From contig QPGO01000091.1 in NCBI GenBank assembly GCA_008632985.1, forward strand, positions 62,001 to 126,000: a stretch of 64,000 nt of DNA, written 5' to 3'. The notes under the pieces were generated by a model. That model had not been told where the DNA came from and searched no databases. It saw only the letters and a program-made list of their open reading frames with translations. This document shows positions 24,540-37,132 of this stretch, one piece after another. The first letter of the stretch is position 1; each line of letters begins with the position of its first letter. A program made the position numbers and the translations under genes. The stretch comes from Psammoneis japonica. Taxonomy: Eukaryota.

Positions 24540-25955
24540 GTGTTGGCAATGGCGTTTCGACCGTCGCCAAGACACGGAATGAATGCCAAGACAATCTGCT
24601 CTCTGCTTCTCTTTGATGCTACTTTTGTACATAGCTTCGTTTCAATCAGAGTCGTGTGCTCAAGATCGCACTCAGTATGTATGAAGCCTCATCACACAGA
24701 TCATGATGGTGAATTCATGGAAGGCAGACTCTCGCGAAACTACTTTGACTCATCCATGGATTACAGTGAACGAATACCTTCAAGGCCCCACCTTACGTTG
24801 GATGAAACAAATTTTCTAGATGATTGGGGTATTGGACAATATGCAGTAGAACCGCACTTTCCGGACACAGTCGAGAGCGTCGCGCAGGCTGCGTTTGAAG
24901 CTATTGCGGGAACGCTCTATGGCAAGCAGCGACTGGATCCAAATGTTGCAAGCAACGCCATGACACGCAGTATATTTGGGTATCGTCCTGTACGGTATCC
25001 AAAAAACGTTGGGAGAATCGGTGTCGAAATTGACGGTGCAAGCTATCTGTTCCCTTCCACCAAACGACCTGGCAACGCCGACGCTACTCGACGCATTGCT
25101 CTTTTAATTGCCAGGAAACTTTCAGAAAAGCCATGGCTCGATTTCGAAGAAGGAGTATCAAATGACAAGATTGGTTCCAGACCTGTAGCTGTTTATTTTA
25201 ATACGGTGAAGCAGGCCCTTGTCGCAAGTCAAGAGTTGCAAATGTTAATGCGGGAGGAGATAGCGACAGGAAAGGGAACAGTAGAACAAACAGAAGAGAG
25301 ATTCGAAAAGATATCCATTCAATCAGTGGGACAGGAAGATGCCGAGATACCAGAAGACATGCATCGACCAAGAGGTTACAGAGGCGTTTTCAAAGGCAAG
25401 GTTGACCCAACGCGAGGAATAGTGCTGGTCGTACAACCGACCGATTACAGCCCTGCAGTTGGCGCCGTTTCATCCTTGCAACGACTTGTGGCACGTGCTG
25501 GTGTACAAGAGCTCCCAACCGTGGTATTGTCACCTCGGTTTCTGGCGACGAGCGACCACGGGGGAAGTGCTGGGTCGGGTTGGGAACAATCTGGATACCA
25601 ACAGTCCGCAATCTTTGGCGGAGCTGAGCCACCCAAAGGGCCAACACCATGGCTCATGAGAGACTTTTCGCCTCCTGTCTTTTGTTGGGTGGGAAATGCA
25701 CTCTCGAATCGACCGGGGCGAGGAGTACACAATCATCGCGGGAGCAACATGGAACACTCTAGGGTGGCTCTCACACAGTCTGTGATGGATGAAGGTCATT
25801 CATGGCACATGTTTGCTGCCGAGGAGAAAGCAAATCATAAAAAGCACACGAAGAAGTCATCATTGTACAAATACCTTGCCAGCACGAAGACCTCTTCAGG
25901 TCGTCCGACGCGAAACATTATTCGAACGGTTTATGATCAATATCACGAGGCGTGA
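24540..25955 (+). CDS. Putative plastid-targeted protein, DUF1995-like
   Basis: Signal peptide ...VHS-FV. FPDTVESVAQAAFEAI...IGVEID and VLVVQP...PTVVLSPR resemble DUF1995. Confidence 0.6.
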   Translation: MLAMAFRPSPRHGMNAKTICSLLLFDATFVHSFVSIRVVCSRSHSVCMKPHHTDHDGEFMEGRLSRNYFDSSMDYSERIPSRPHLTLDETNFLDDWGIGQYAVEPHFPDTVESVAQAAFEAIAGTLYGKQRLDPNVASNAMTRSIFGYRPVRYPKNVGRIGVEIDGASYLFPSTKRPGNADATRRIALLIARKLSEKPWLDFEEGVSNDKIGSRPVAVYFNTVKQALVASQELQMLMREEIATGKGTVEQTEERFEKISIQSVGQEDAEIPEDMHRPRGYRGVFKGKVDPTRGIVLVVQPTDYSPAVGAVSSLQRLVARAGVQELPTVVLSPRFLATSDHGGSAGSGWEQSGYQQSAIFGGAEPPKGPTPWLMRDFSPPVFCWVGNALSNRPGRGVHNHRGSNMEHSRVALTQSVMDEGHSWHMFAAEEKANHKKHTKKSSLYKYLASTKTSSGRPTRNIIRTVYDQYHEA

Positions 25956-26913
25956 TCGCTTGTTTAGAGCACCAGGCCCACATTTTTTGACATTACATGA
26001 GTTCTACAGAGAATCCTTCACTTGATGATGTTACAGAAAGAACGATAGCAGTGCACAGCTTCCGGCACTCTCTCTAGATTTCTAAAAGTGGAATGTTTTA
26101 TAACTTTTCTCCGATTGTTTGCGAAGACGCCTTTGCCGAAACCGAGAACCAGCCCAAACTTACTGGTCAATTTTGATCGAATGGCAAATGCATGCATTAT
26201 AGTTGTTCCATAAATGGAAGCACTTTAATCAATTTAGAGAAACCGGCACGACTCTATAGAGCGAACAGTCACTACTCTCCAGCGACTAGAAGTATTCTGC
26301 AGATTAAAGATGGAAAGTGAGGCCACAAACTACAGTAAGTATTAATGCTTTATAGAAGAACGGAGTCGAAGAAAGAAAACTCTTTTCAATGGCATGACAC
26401 CTCACCGTAACGATCATTATCAATTTTGACAGCGTTGCGTTGTTGTTTCGGCTGGATGACAGCCAAACGGAAGGTTAGAATGTTTGGCACCATTTTTTTT
26501 CAATTTCTTCTGAAAGCCAGCAAGAGACGCATTATATCATGGCATACATCTATCTAGAAAACAGATATTACATTATCTTACAACATTGTACACTCTAGAG
26601 CAATGCGGGAAGGGGGGCAAAACCAAAGCGCACACTAGTTGCAGAGTATTTCCTGGCTCTTTCCACGGCTCAAACTGTAGCAAAGAGTCGTTACTCTCCC
26701 CATAAGACACAACAAAGCTATGAAATCTGATGCATCAGTTTCTCTCGCTCCAAGCAAGTGAAACGAATCGAGCCTTGCTACTCCCGAACGCCAAACAAAA
26801 ACTATGCATACTTGACGTACCAGTTTCACCGGCTCCAAGCTAGTGAAACGAATATTATGAATACGCGCGCCATATCAACACACACTGTCACCTTCTCAGC
26901 GCAATTAAACGCT

Positions 26914-28024
26914 TCAAGAGCTTTCCTCAGTTGCCTCCAAGCAAGCCTGCTTGATGTTGTTGAGAGGCTTCCACCTAGCAGCATTACAAGTATCCTTGTG
27001 ATTCTTCCAATCCCTCACAAGGCATTCATCACTACAGTACCAAACAACGTCACAACGATTGCACACCATCATGTCTTGGGATTTTCTACCACAGCTGTGA
27101 CACTGAGGAACAACATCTTGCAAATTGTGCAACGTCTTTCTTGCCTCCTCAACAACCTCCGGACATTGCTCATTTTGTTCCAAGACATCTTCCATGACAG
27201 CATCGCCACCAGCAGCAAGGACTACTGACGGTGCGCCACCAAAATCCTGGTCAGAGAAACGGTTCATGATTACGCTCCCGTACATCTGGACGTCACTGTC
27301 GCCTGGGAATTGCCTCATGGCTGCGAGAATGGTGGGGATTCCACCACAGCTAATTATTTCGTCAAGAAACGACGAGACAAGGCAGCACTCATTATCCATG
27401 ACGGAGTCTTGTATTTCCCAAATCAGCATAAATGTGTCTTTGCATATGGGCGCTTGGTAATCTTCTGGGCGAAAACTGCTCAAATGCCTTAGGATCTCCA
27501 CAGCCATCCGGGAAACCCCAGCTATTCGCACGGCGTCGACGTGTTCATTAGCAGACAAGTGTTGCAGCAGCAAAAGTGAGCTTTCAATGCAAATTGCCAC
27601 TCGTTCCTCATCATCATCTTCAGATATTTGTCGACCGATGAAATTGTTCACAGTAGCAATCACGGTGCTGACCGCCACCGAGTACAACAGCTTGTTCGAT
27701 TCCACCGGTGCCTTTCTCCACAGCAGCGTGAAGAAGGCCGGAACCAAGATAGTGTATGGTTACCACCTGTGGATTCTCACGCATTAGAGTAATGATATCG
27801 GTCACACCGCCTGCTCGGAAAAGGGCTACCACTGAGCTACGCGCCGTATGCACATCCTCGCAATCAAAGAGATCGTCAAGATGCGCCAAAGCAGCACACA
27901 CACCCTTTATGTCCGCTTCCGATACTAAACGTTTGCAGCAGCGCAAGTAACCCACAAGACGTGGAATTATCTCATGGGGCTTTGACTTGCCCTTGGCTCT
28001 ATCGCGTCGACTTTTCTTTCCCAT
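26914..28024 (-). CDS. ARM-like repeat protein with C-terminal MYND zinc finger, frameshift near 27745
   Basis: CHSCG...VCNRCDVVWYCSDECLVRDWKNHKDTC, plus GGI..IL.AMR-type repeats in both ORFs. Confidence 0.8.
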
Positions 28025-28679
28025 GGTCGAGTTGACGGCTGTTGTAGTCGTTGCTTTTTTGTGATCCCATCATCAGTTTTGCGGTTTTCGCCGGAGGAAG
28101 CACAAGGAGCGACGTACGTACGGTACGAAGATTTGGCCCAATCTAAAAAAAATTTGAAAATTCCCAAAAGCAAAAAGCAAACTTGGAAGCCCATCACTCT
28201 GTAACTATCGATCTGACGCTCGACACGTCGACACTTAGGTCGTATCGTTGTACACCCTCCATGGCGTTTCTTCAAACTTTTCTGGTTTGAACTGAGCGGT
28301 CGTGGAAGGCAAAAACGTCAATCTTTGAGATCATCGCGCAAATCTTCTGATGTCAAATGATTTCAAGCGTCTTTGGCATGTGATGATGATGAGGCTGCGG
28401 CAACGGAAATGCCGGGTTTGGAATGCGATGAGTGCAATGGAATGATGATTTGCACACGAAACACCCATTTCACTCCAATTGACGAGCGCATGCACTGACT
28501 TTGTGTTGAATCTTTTGCAGAAGCAGAGTTTTCCCGTCGATTCGCAGGTGAGTTTGTCACCGCGACGATTTTCACTCACAGTTCCGTGGAACAAAATGCG
28601 TGCAACGATGAGCTTCATGTGAACCAAAGAGCAGCAAATCTTGTGTTGCGTGCATTGTGCACCGAAAGGAGCTGTCAAA

Positions 28680-30230
28680 TCACTCCACTCGAACTTTTTT
28701 AGAGGGCAAAGGAACGCCATGAAGGAGGAACATGCACTCCTCTGGCCTTTTCTCCTTGGCAATGAGTTTTTCGCGAAGTTTGCCAACATGTTTGTCCTCA
28801 TTGGCATGGTCGAGGATTTCCTTCGAGCGCACGACATGTCGTTCAACACAGCCAATGTGCCCTTCCAGGAGAATGCACTTCAAATGCCCCAGCAATGGGT
28901 CCACGAATGTTTTCTTTTCGACGTCGAAATTGGCCGTGATGGTGGAAAACACACGCTTCTTTTGAGTTTCCAGCATGCCAGTGTGAACTTGTTGAGACGC
29001 AATCTCAGTCTTGGCCTCTTGCAGACAATCCATCACGTTGTGTGTGCCTTTGCAATGCGACAGCCAGCACCAGAGGAGTGGTGTGGCGACAATTTGTTGT
29101 CAGACAACAATGCACAAACCTTCTGCTTGAACAGATTCATCATCTCTGTTGGGCAAATTTCTTCTTCGCAAAATTTGGAATCGAAACAGTGGCTGGTGGT
29201 GCCACAAGTTCCTTCCTGCCGGAGGGCTTCGAAGCAAGCATCCTTGAAACGCGGAAGTGCATGTTTCTGAATGTGAGCTTGGTCTGTCAGCCAAAAAGAA
29301 AACATGAGAGATGGTGCAAGCCGTGGGAAGCCGGAATTAATTGACAGAAAGGAGATGTCTTACATTCAGCTGGGATTGCCAAAATCAACCATCCATGGAT
29401 TTTGGTTGACGGTTCATTTCGCAAACATTGAGCTGATTGACTCGAACGTCATTTCGGTGGCTTTCTTCATGAATTCCTCTGCGATCGGTTTCCAGAGGTT
29501 CTTAACTTTTCTGACTGCATGTTCGAACACTTCCTGGCCCTGGAACAATGCACAATGGAAAGAGTTGATTGCAAAGCCCGAGGTGGCAAATTCAATGGCA
29601 ACCTCACCCTTGGTCTCGTTGATTTTGTCCTTTAGAAGGAGCAAGCACTTGTTTGAAAGATCCTTCTCCAACTCGTTGATCTGGTCCTAAGACCTGATGG
29701 CAACAGTTTGCAATCTCAATGCGAGACTTCAGCTCCACACCAACTTTTTCAAGTTGCAGTTGGGTCTTGTTGAGATTGTCGGAAACGCTCTGTTTCAACA
29801 GGGGCAGATGTTTCTTTGCGAGGTTGGCAAACAGAGGCTGAAGCCTTTCCTTGAGCACAGTGACACCAGATCTTTCATGAGGCACTTTGCACTCTTCACT
29901 GAGCTGTTTCAATTCCATCTGATCTCCTTGTTTGTCCGATTGAAGTTTGCCATCTTTGCCAACTGAAACAATGGCATGTGGACCCAAGTTCAGATGACCA
30001 GTGACCAGCAACGTCCGTGCCATCCGCAGAAAGTAGAAAGGCCATCGACGACCAGCTTGACAGCTCTGGCTTGAGTGTCAGGAGGGAAAGCTCCAGGACA
30101 AATTCAGCCCTGCCACTGGCATTGCAGAAATTGTCCAATTTTGTCACACTGCTTTTGCACTCACTTGGGGGCTGTGTTTTGCATGTCCTTGACAAGCTCG
30201 CATCACAAGGCAACCAAAGAGACAAATGCT
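28680..30230 (-). pseudogene. Dynamin/Mx-like GTPase relic (end of G domain, middle domain, GED)
   Basis: TKLD (G4-like), then SGVTVLKERLQPLFANLAKKHLPLLK (middle domain), then ITANFDVEKKTFVD...EDKHVGKLREKL (GED). Split over several ORFs and TA-depleted. Confidence 0.65.
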
Positions 30231-30369
30231 GAACAGAATTTGCCATTCGCAAAATTCTCATGAACTTTTTTGACTCTCTGTCAGCCCAAGGGTGAAGGCA
30301 CTGACTGCAAGGAATCCTCATTTGGCAAAGTGAGGTTGCGGTGTTTGGGCCCCACACTGCATTGGAAAT

Positions 30370-31527
30370 GAATCTCTCTGTTGGGGCTGCCCTGACGGCC
30401 TTTCCAGAAAGACATGTGGTGCTTCCAAAGGGATCGATGACGAGTGGATGGGTTCCAGCATCTGCGTTGGCTAACCCGATTTCACATGGTGAAAACCTTG
30501 GCTTCCCCGGTTGTTTCAACATGTCGATGATTTTGGCACACTTCTGGGGCCCCTCCAGCATCAAACGAGCAACGCTCTGCTCAATGTCGCTGGGAATCTC
30601 TCCATCCATCTCCGTCTCTAATTTCCTGAAAAAGAATCTCCAACCGGCGTCGGCCAACTCTGCCCGCTTCGCGAATTGTTGGCCAAGCAGATTTTTCCTG
30701 GATTTTTTGTCTGTGGGTTGTGTTTGCATTGACGATTGGCACAGATCCTGTGGCTCACCAAATTTCAAGTCGAATTGTCCGGCAATGTCACTGGAAAGCT
30801 GTTCCCTCCGAAGTTTGTCCACAAAGGAAGTGGGCATGCGGGGGGTCAAATGGTCTGTTGCCTCTTTGGGGGCAAAGTCACCAATGTGCACGCCAATCAC
30901 TCGGTGGGCTTCAAGGTTCAAACCTGCCTCAATGGCAGCTCTTGAGTCTGAAATGTCAACGATGATTCTCGGATGTCCTCTGTCACGTTTTTCGCAGGAC
31001 AATGTCTTTGCCTGGGTGACAACGCCATTCAATGCGCTTCCGCCGCAGCCGGCTTCGAGCGACACTGCGACAACTGGCTTCGACAGTGGACTCCAGGCAA
31101 AGACTCTTTCGACAAAACTTTCAGACTCCGGGGTCCCAAACACGTGAAGCCTTCTTGACAACTTTTCAATCAGCTCATCTTGAGCTTCGTCGTGATCTGT
31201 TTTCTTTAAACTGACATTGATCACCCCTCGGTGGCCACTGAGGGCATGTCGAATGAGCGATGTTTTCCCTCCACCCCTGTTGCCAAAGACAAGAACAGTT
31301 TTTGACTGTTTGTTGTTTGATGCTTCCAGCAATTCTTTTTCCAACGAAGCACGTTCAACAAATTTGCTGTCATTGATTGTTTCTTTCGGGCCGACCTTGA
31401 TCAGCAGCAACGAGGCGGAAACAATGGCTCTGATTTGCTCATGGATGGGACAAATGACAGCGACTGACATCGCAACAAACTGCAACCAGAAGAAAACCGA
31501 CTCCTCCAAGCTTGCTTCATTTGACAT
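30370..31527 (-). pseudogene. P-loop ATPase (AAA/STAND-like) with N-terminal TM segment, TA-erased
   Basis: FVERASLEKEL...VLVFGNRGGGKTS Walker A. There is no Tyr in the 543-aa ORF, whose tail runs into the dynamin relic. Confidence 0.65.
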
Positions 31528-33444
31528 GGTGCACTCAGCTGGTTGAGACCCAATTTTAACGTCTCTGCTTGTTTGGTGTCCCCATTGGCACCTGAGGTTG
31601 ATGGGTGATGTGTGGCTCTCCTGTCCACGCGTGCTGCATCTTCACTCGCCGCGGCGACGAAACCTGATGCAGGCGATGCAGACTCTCCACCGATGGGGTG
31701 TGGCAGCAACGCACGAGATCAGACGTTGCAAAATTTAGCAGTTGTTGGAGGCATGGCGAACATTGGCTTGAAAAAGAAGGGAGTCATGTGGCAATCATTG
31801 TCAGGACCACAAAAGACAGCATCGATGATGTCCAATGCATGGTGGACATCAACAGGCTGCTGCTCTGGTTCTCAAACAATGGCATCATTGTCAGATTCCC
31901 TGTCATCCAAAGCTGTTCCTTGGCTTGCATCATTTTCGTTGTTGTCATCATGCAAGCCATCATCTGCAACGTCCAAAGCAGGTTGGGTGCCGGACATTTG
32001 TGCTGCTGTTGCTGTGTGCTCCTGGTCATGCAAAGGGCACAGCACGGGCATTCTGTCATTGACCCCATGGGGCAACACATCATGAGGAAAAATGCACTTC
32101 TTCACAAATTTGTGGCAATTTTCAACAGCAATGAGAGCTTTTTTGGGCACAGTTGGTTGAGTGCATCACAGGTCATCAACAACAGATTGACAGGGGACTC
32201 AGGTTTTGCAGTTTTTGAAAGAGCAGCACTGCTCCTCCAGCAGCACACAGATGCAATTCAAATGTGTCTGTTTGTTCCAAAGAGAGCTCATCATGTTTTC
32301 ACATGATTTGACTTGGATGGCTCAGTTTTGAGTGACAAGAAAGAGTTTCCAAGCAAGCCTTTGTCAGAAGATTTGAGTTGACTTTGAGTTTTTGAGTTCT
32401 TGTTCCAAGCAAGTCAAGCTGTGCATGGAAACTTCCCAGTCTCAGCAACCTTTGATCTCCATGGGCGCAGCAGCAGCAACAACAACAACAGGTGGGCAAT
32501 GAGCCACACTCTGGGTGGGGCAAGTGAGATTGCAGTTTGTTGGTGGAAGCATCTCAGCATCAGCCATCCCTTCTTGTGCTGCTTGTTGCATTTCTTTGCA
32601 AGTTTTCAAATGCCTTTTGGTGCACTGGCAAATTGCATCCCATGGATCATGCCCCAGCTGCAAGCAAAAAAGCATGAAAAGCCTTGTGGGGCAAAGCCTT
32701 GCAGGCTTTTTGCCCTCACAATTCATTTCAGCAGTTCCCTGAAAGACCCAACTTCCTAAAGCTGCATCATGCTGCATTGAAGTCAGCTCCAGCCTGATCC
32801 AAGCACAGCACCACTCTGCTTCAACATCATTGGCAGAAGCTGCCTCTTCCTGCTTGTGTTCAATGTGCCGTTCTTGAACCTCCAAACATGGTGTCTCATG
32901 CAGATTGCTCACCTGGTGTGGCTCTTCTGCAAAAAGCTCCCAACTAACTTCCAAACTCTTCCCCTGCAAGCAACATGATGCCTGCTGCAGATGGCAACAC
33001 AGTGACAGTCAGTGTTGTGCCCAACCACTTGAGGAGCCAGGCAAGTGTTCAAACTGGCAGTCATCATCATGTCTGCCACCAGGTGGCTGGCTCATCTCTT
33101 TGCCCGTAATGTGATCTTGCTCTGGCAACAAATTGCAGTTGATTGCTGGTGATGTTGGTGCACTGCTTTTGTTTCACAGCAGAAATTCTTTGTGCTCCAT
33201 CCAGTCACTGGTGGGAAGCAAGATTTTTCATGGTGAAATGAGAAATGTCAAGAGATTCTACTTCAAGTCACAGCAGCAACTCAGCACCACCGCTGCCTGA
33301 GGCATGCGATGAGGTGGCAACATGTTGGCGAGGAGTTGATTTTGTGCAACTTCACAAGCCGGCAACAACACAACGGCAGTCCAACCATCATAGACTGCCT
33401 CTCCTGCTTGAAAGACGCCACACAGCAACATTGTTGCTGGCTTT

Positions 33445-34957
33445 CTACAACCTCTGCCTGCTGTAGATGGCAACACAGACAGTCAACGACGTGGCACTCG
33501 CAGAGTCAGGCAAATGTTCAAACCAGCAGTCATCATCATCATCACATCCGCCACCGGGCACTCGACCCATCTCTTCGTCCGCAATGCGATCTTCCTCCGT
33601 GTGGTCCATGAAACCAGACTGTGGGCCTTCTCCTCCATTCAAATCACTCGCCGAAGGACCTCCAGGAGGCATCAGCTTTTGCTCCAACGCAGTGACAGTC
33701 GGGTGCTTGGGACTGGACCCGCTGAAAGCTCGGCCAGTGAGAGCGGACATCATCACTTCATGCTCCTTTCTCTGTCTGACAAAGTGCCCATAAGCAGTCA
33801 AGCCCTTTGGGTCCTGTTTTGACTTGTTGGCTCCGGCAGCAAGCAAAGCATCGATAACTCGAGTTTCCCCTGTCCCATTGATCGAGTTACGACCCGCAGC
33901 AGACACTGCCGCACACATGAGCGGCGTGATCCCATGTTCATCCGCCGTGTTGACGACAGCGACTCTCGACTCTACCATCTCCAACAGGGCCATGAGAGCA
34001 GCGTCGTTGTTGTTGGCAGAGGCGGCATGCAGGGCGTGGGAGCGATCGATCGAGCCACCTTCAGTGACGAGACGGGACACATTTCTTAGAAGATCAGCAA
34101 GCTGGGGTGCGGAGGGCTGATGGGACGACTTGATCGCCTGTAGAATCTCCGCATCCTTGCCACTGGGAGGCGGTGGTTTGGGAGGTGGCACATGGAACTG
34201 GATCGCCTGAGCTTGAGCATGCGTCAATGTGGGCATGCCACCGGCTCCCTTTGGGGCCCAATTTCCGTAAGATGCCACAAGGAACCTTTCGTTGCCCTGA
34301 TTGGCAAGGGCAGGATCCTGAAAGAAACCGTTTCGGAGAAATTGGTTGGCATCCAGGCGAGCAAGGCCGTCGAGTTGAGTCTTCTCTGCCGCTTTGGCCT
34401 TTCGATCATCGTCGGTTTCAACCTTGCTTTCAAACGGAGACCGAGAATGCCAGGCCTCTCTCTGCTTGGCTCGGAAGCTTTCCTTCTCCTGACTTGTCAT
34501 GGCCTCCAATGGATCCAGAACACACACAGCGGATGACACTTTCCAGCACCCAAACTGGAGATCTCCACGGATGAACGGGTGGTGAAGGAACTGGTGCAAA
34601 GCAGCTGTCCCGATGTCTGAAGCCCCGTTCACTTTGCATTCATCGTTCACATGAAGAACATTGATGCACATTGTGTCGAACTCCGGGTCGCCTGGTTCTT
34701 CCGTGTCACGGTTCAAAAGCAGTCACGCCAACCTCCTGCATTTCCTGACTGTGTCCATCCACAGCCGACATGAAGCAACCGTCAGGGATTCTCTGTCTGT
34801 CAATGATGGTCGCCACAATGCATCCAATCTTCTTGGTCTGATGGAGCACAATGTCTGCCTGAACGTTCGTGAAGGCACCACATTCACCGTCCTCATCCAA
34901 CGAATGCGTGAGCTGCAGCGAGACATCTGCGACGCTCGAAATTGCAGGGGAGCTCAT
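33445..34957 (-). pseudogene. Ankyrin-repeat protein gene, TA-depleted, interrupted near 34706
   Basis: ALHAASANN...ADEHGITPLMCAA...LLAAGANKSKQDPKGLTA. The N-terminal ORF 34706-34957 ends at TGA. 3 Tyr in 423 aa. Confidence 0.7.
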
Positions 34958-34965
34958 TGCTGAAT

Positions 34966-35229
34966 AGCTTCATCGTGGAACCCCGCAAATGCGCGGGGAC
35001 CCTCCTGTGCCGCAGAGGTCTACGCTCATTTTTGTGTGTGGCACTGAAACATGTAGCCTGCATGCGCAAAACTGGCACAGTTTCTACGACAAAATTTCGA
35101 AAAAACGCCTAGTTCGCGAGATGGCTCTGGTGCAAAACGCACGTAAAGAGTCCCCACACATGCACGTGCAACTCTGCACATTTCCGGGTTACGGGTCCCC
35201 GCGCATTTGTGGGGTTCCACGATGAAGCT
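34966..35229. mobile_element. MITE of about 264 bp with 37-bp terminal inverted repeats
   Basis: agcttcatcgtggaaccccgcaaatgcgcggggaccc (34966-35002) pairs with gggtccccgcgcatttgtggggttccacgatgaagct (35193-35229), with 1 mismatch. Confidence 0.8.
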
Positions 35230-37132
35230 GAACTCCAGGGTAGAAAAAAAAGCTCGACAGAATTCCTTCTCTTCTGAGGACTCTGGGAGAAAAAGAGATT
35301 GCAAGGGAATGATGAGAAGACACCGCAGCAAAAAACGATCATGCCTCATTCATCATTGTGGTGTTCCGGATCTTTTTTTGCTTTCTTTGTTCGTGATGCG
35401 TCTGTGAGTCTGCACGCAAAGTTCGAAAAACAGAAAAGGCGCAAAAAGCAAGAAGCAGAAGGGGTGATGAGCGAGCGACGAGCAGACAGAGAACCGCGAC
35501 ATTCTGCAAACATTTGCTTGTCATTTTGGGTGTCGCCACTTTGGGTGTCAGTCGCCACTTGCAACGAGAATCATCGCAGTGGCGGTCTTTCTGTGCAGCA
35601 TTTTCTGCACATGTTTTGCACTTTTGTCCGTCCCCACCACCTCCAGCCCGATCCGAGATGGCAGGGACCGATGGGTGAAAGCACAAAAAACAAGCGCAGA
35701 AATCACCACATGGGCAGACCACCACTGTGACTCTCATTGCAAGTGTGGCAACACCCAACTCATCTTGCATTTCTGCTCAATTCAGTTGACTCCCTTGACC
35801 TGACTCTCTTGCCAGTGGATTTCAGAGACAGCCGTCCACAGCCAGAGAGATGGAGGGAAATGGAGCATGGGCTTCTTCAGAACCCATCACAACAGATTTC
35901 CAGAGAGAGCGGCGAGGTGTGGAGCAGCCGCAACACTGTTCTCTGAAGGCAGGCACACCACTCATTTGTGTGCCAAAAAAAGCAAACAAGGAGCAGCCCG
36001 TGTGCCACATGGCAAGACTGTGGTCGTGGGTGAGAATTTTTGTTTTTTGTCATTTGAGTTCTCTCCAAGCCTCATGCTCCAAACAATGACCTGCAAATGC
36101 CATGTTGCAGTGCATCACTTTGAGCATCATTTCAAGATGTGTGCTTTTAAGGCATGCACATGAGTTGCACACAGCAGCAAAATGTCGGGCAGACAACGGC
36201 TGTGCAATTGACTGCAATTTGCACGACAAATTGTCGTTCAATGCCAAAGCTTGCTCAGAGTGCACCACTGCTTTGATGTTCTCAAAGAGCCCCGGGAACA
36301 CATTGGTCATCTCAGCATGCAACAGCTCTTCTTTCAAAAGCTGTCTTTGACAAAGCCACTTTGCAAGACATTGCTCTTCTTCAGCTTTGGCACAGCACAA
36401 GAGTGCTCCCTGCTGTTCTTTTGTGGCAGTTTTCTGAAGAGCGGGACAACAACAGCAGGGGTGTGGAAATTCAAAACTCCAAACTGCCCCCCAAGCCCTT
36501 TTCACAAGCACACGCCCAAATTCAAAAGCTGTGCTCAGCAGCAACAAAACATCACTTGTCAACACCAGCATGCAGCTGCTGGGCCACACAGTGCTGGGCA
36601 GACACTTTTCTCTGCCTCTGGTGCGGACAGGGGACCACTCACACAACACATGGGAGCCAGTGCAATTTTCCTGTCAACTGTCCCAACAAATCTTGTGATG
36701 ATGTTTTGGAGCCAATCTCCCACCCCCCCCCCCCCCCCCACCATGTGCAGCAGGAGCTGGCAGCATGCTGCTGTGGGTGGCAGAGTGTGCGCATGTGGGG
36801 AGGGGGGGGCGAGTGGTGCGTGTCAGGAGGAAGCGCGTGCAAAATCTCATGTGAGGTTTCCCTGAAGCTCAACCCAGAGAAGCCAGCTGTGAGGTGTCTC
36901 AGCTTTTGCAGTCTCTGTGTGCTCTAGAGAGAGAGAGAGAGTGTGTGTGTGTGTGTGCTTCTTGAGGTCGCTAGCTCGAAAGGGCCCATGATGTACCGGC
37001 AACTCCTCAACACGAGGGATGTGAGAGACAGACAGAAAGACAAGACAGACAACGATTCGGCGGGAAGTTGTTTTTGACACAAATCTTCGCGAGTGACACT
37101 TTCCTTTTCCTTTCTCAGTAACACTGTCGAAC

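Noticed and set aside
29896..31527. Alternative genetic code or foreign DNA explaining the Tyr-free ORFs
   Set aside because: The depletion is frame-independent, affects non-coding repeats and appears as differences between local duplicate copies.
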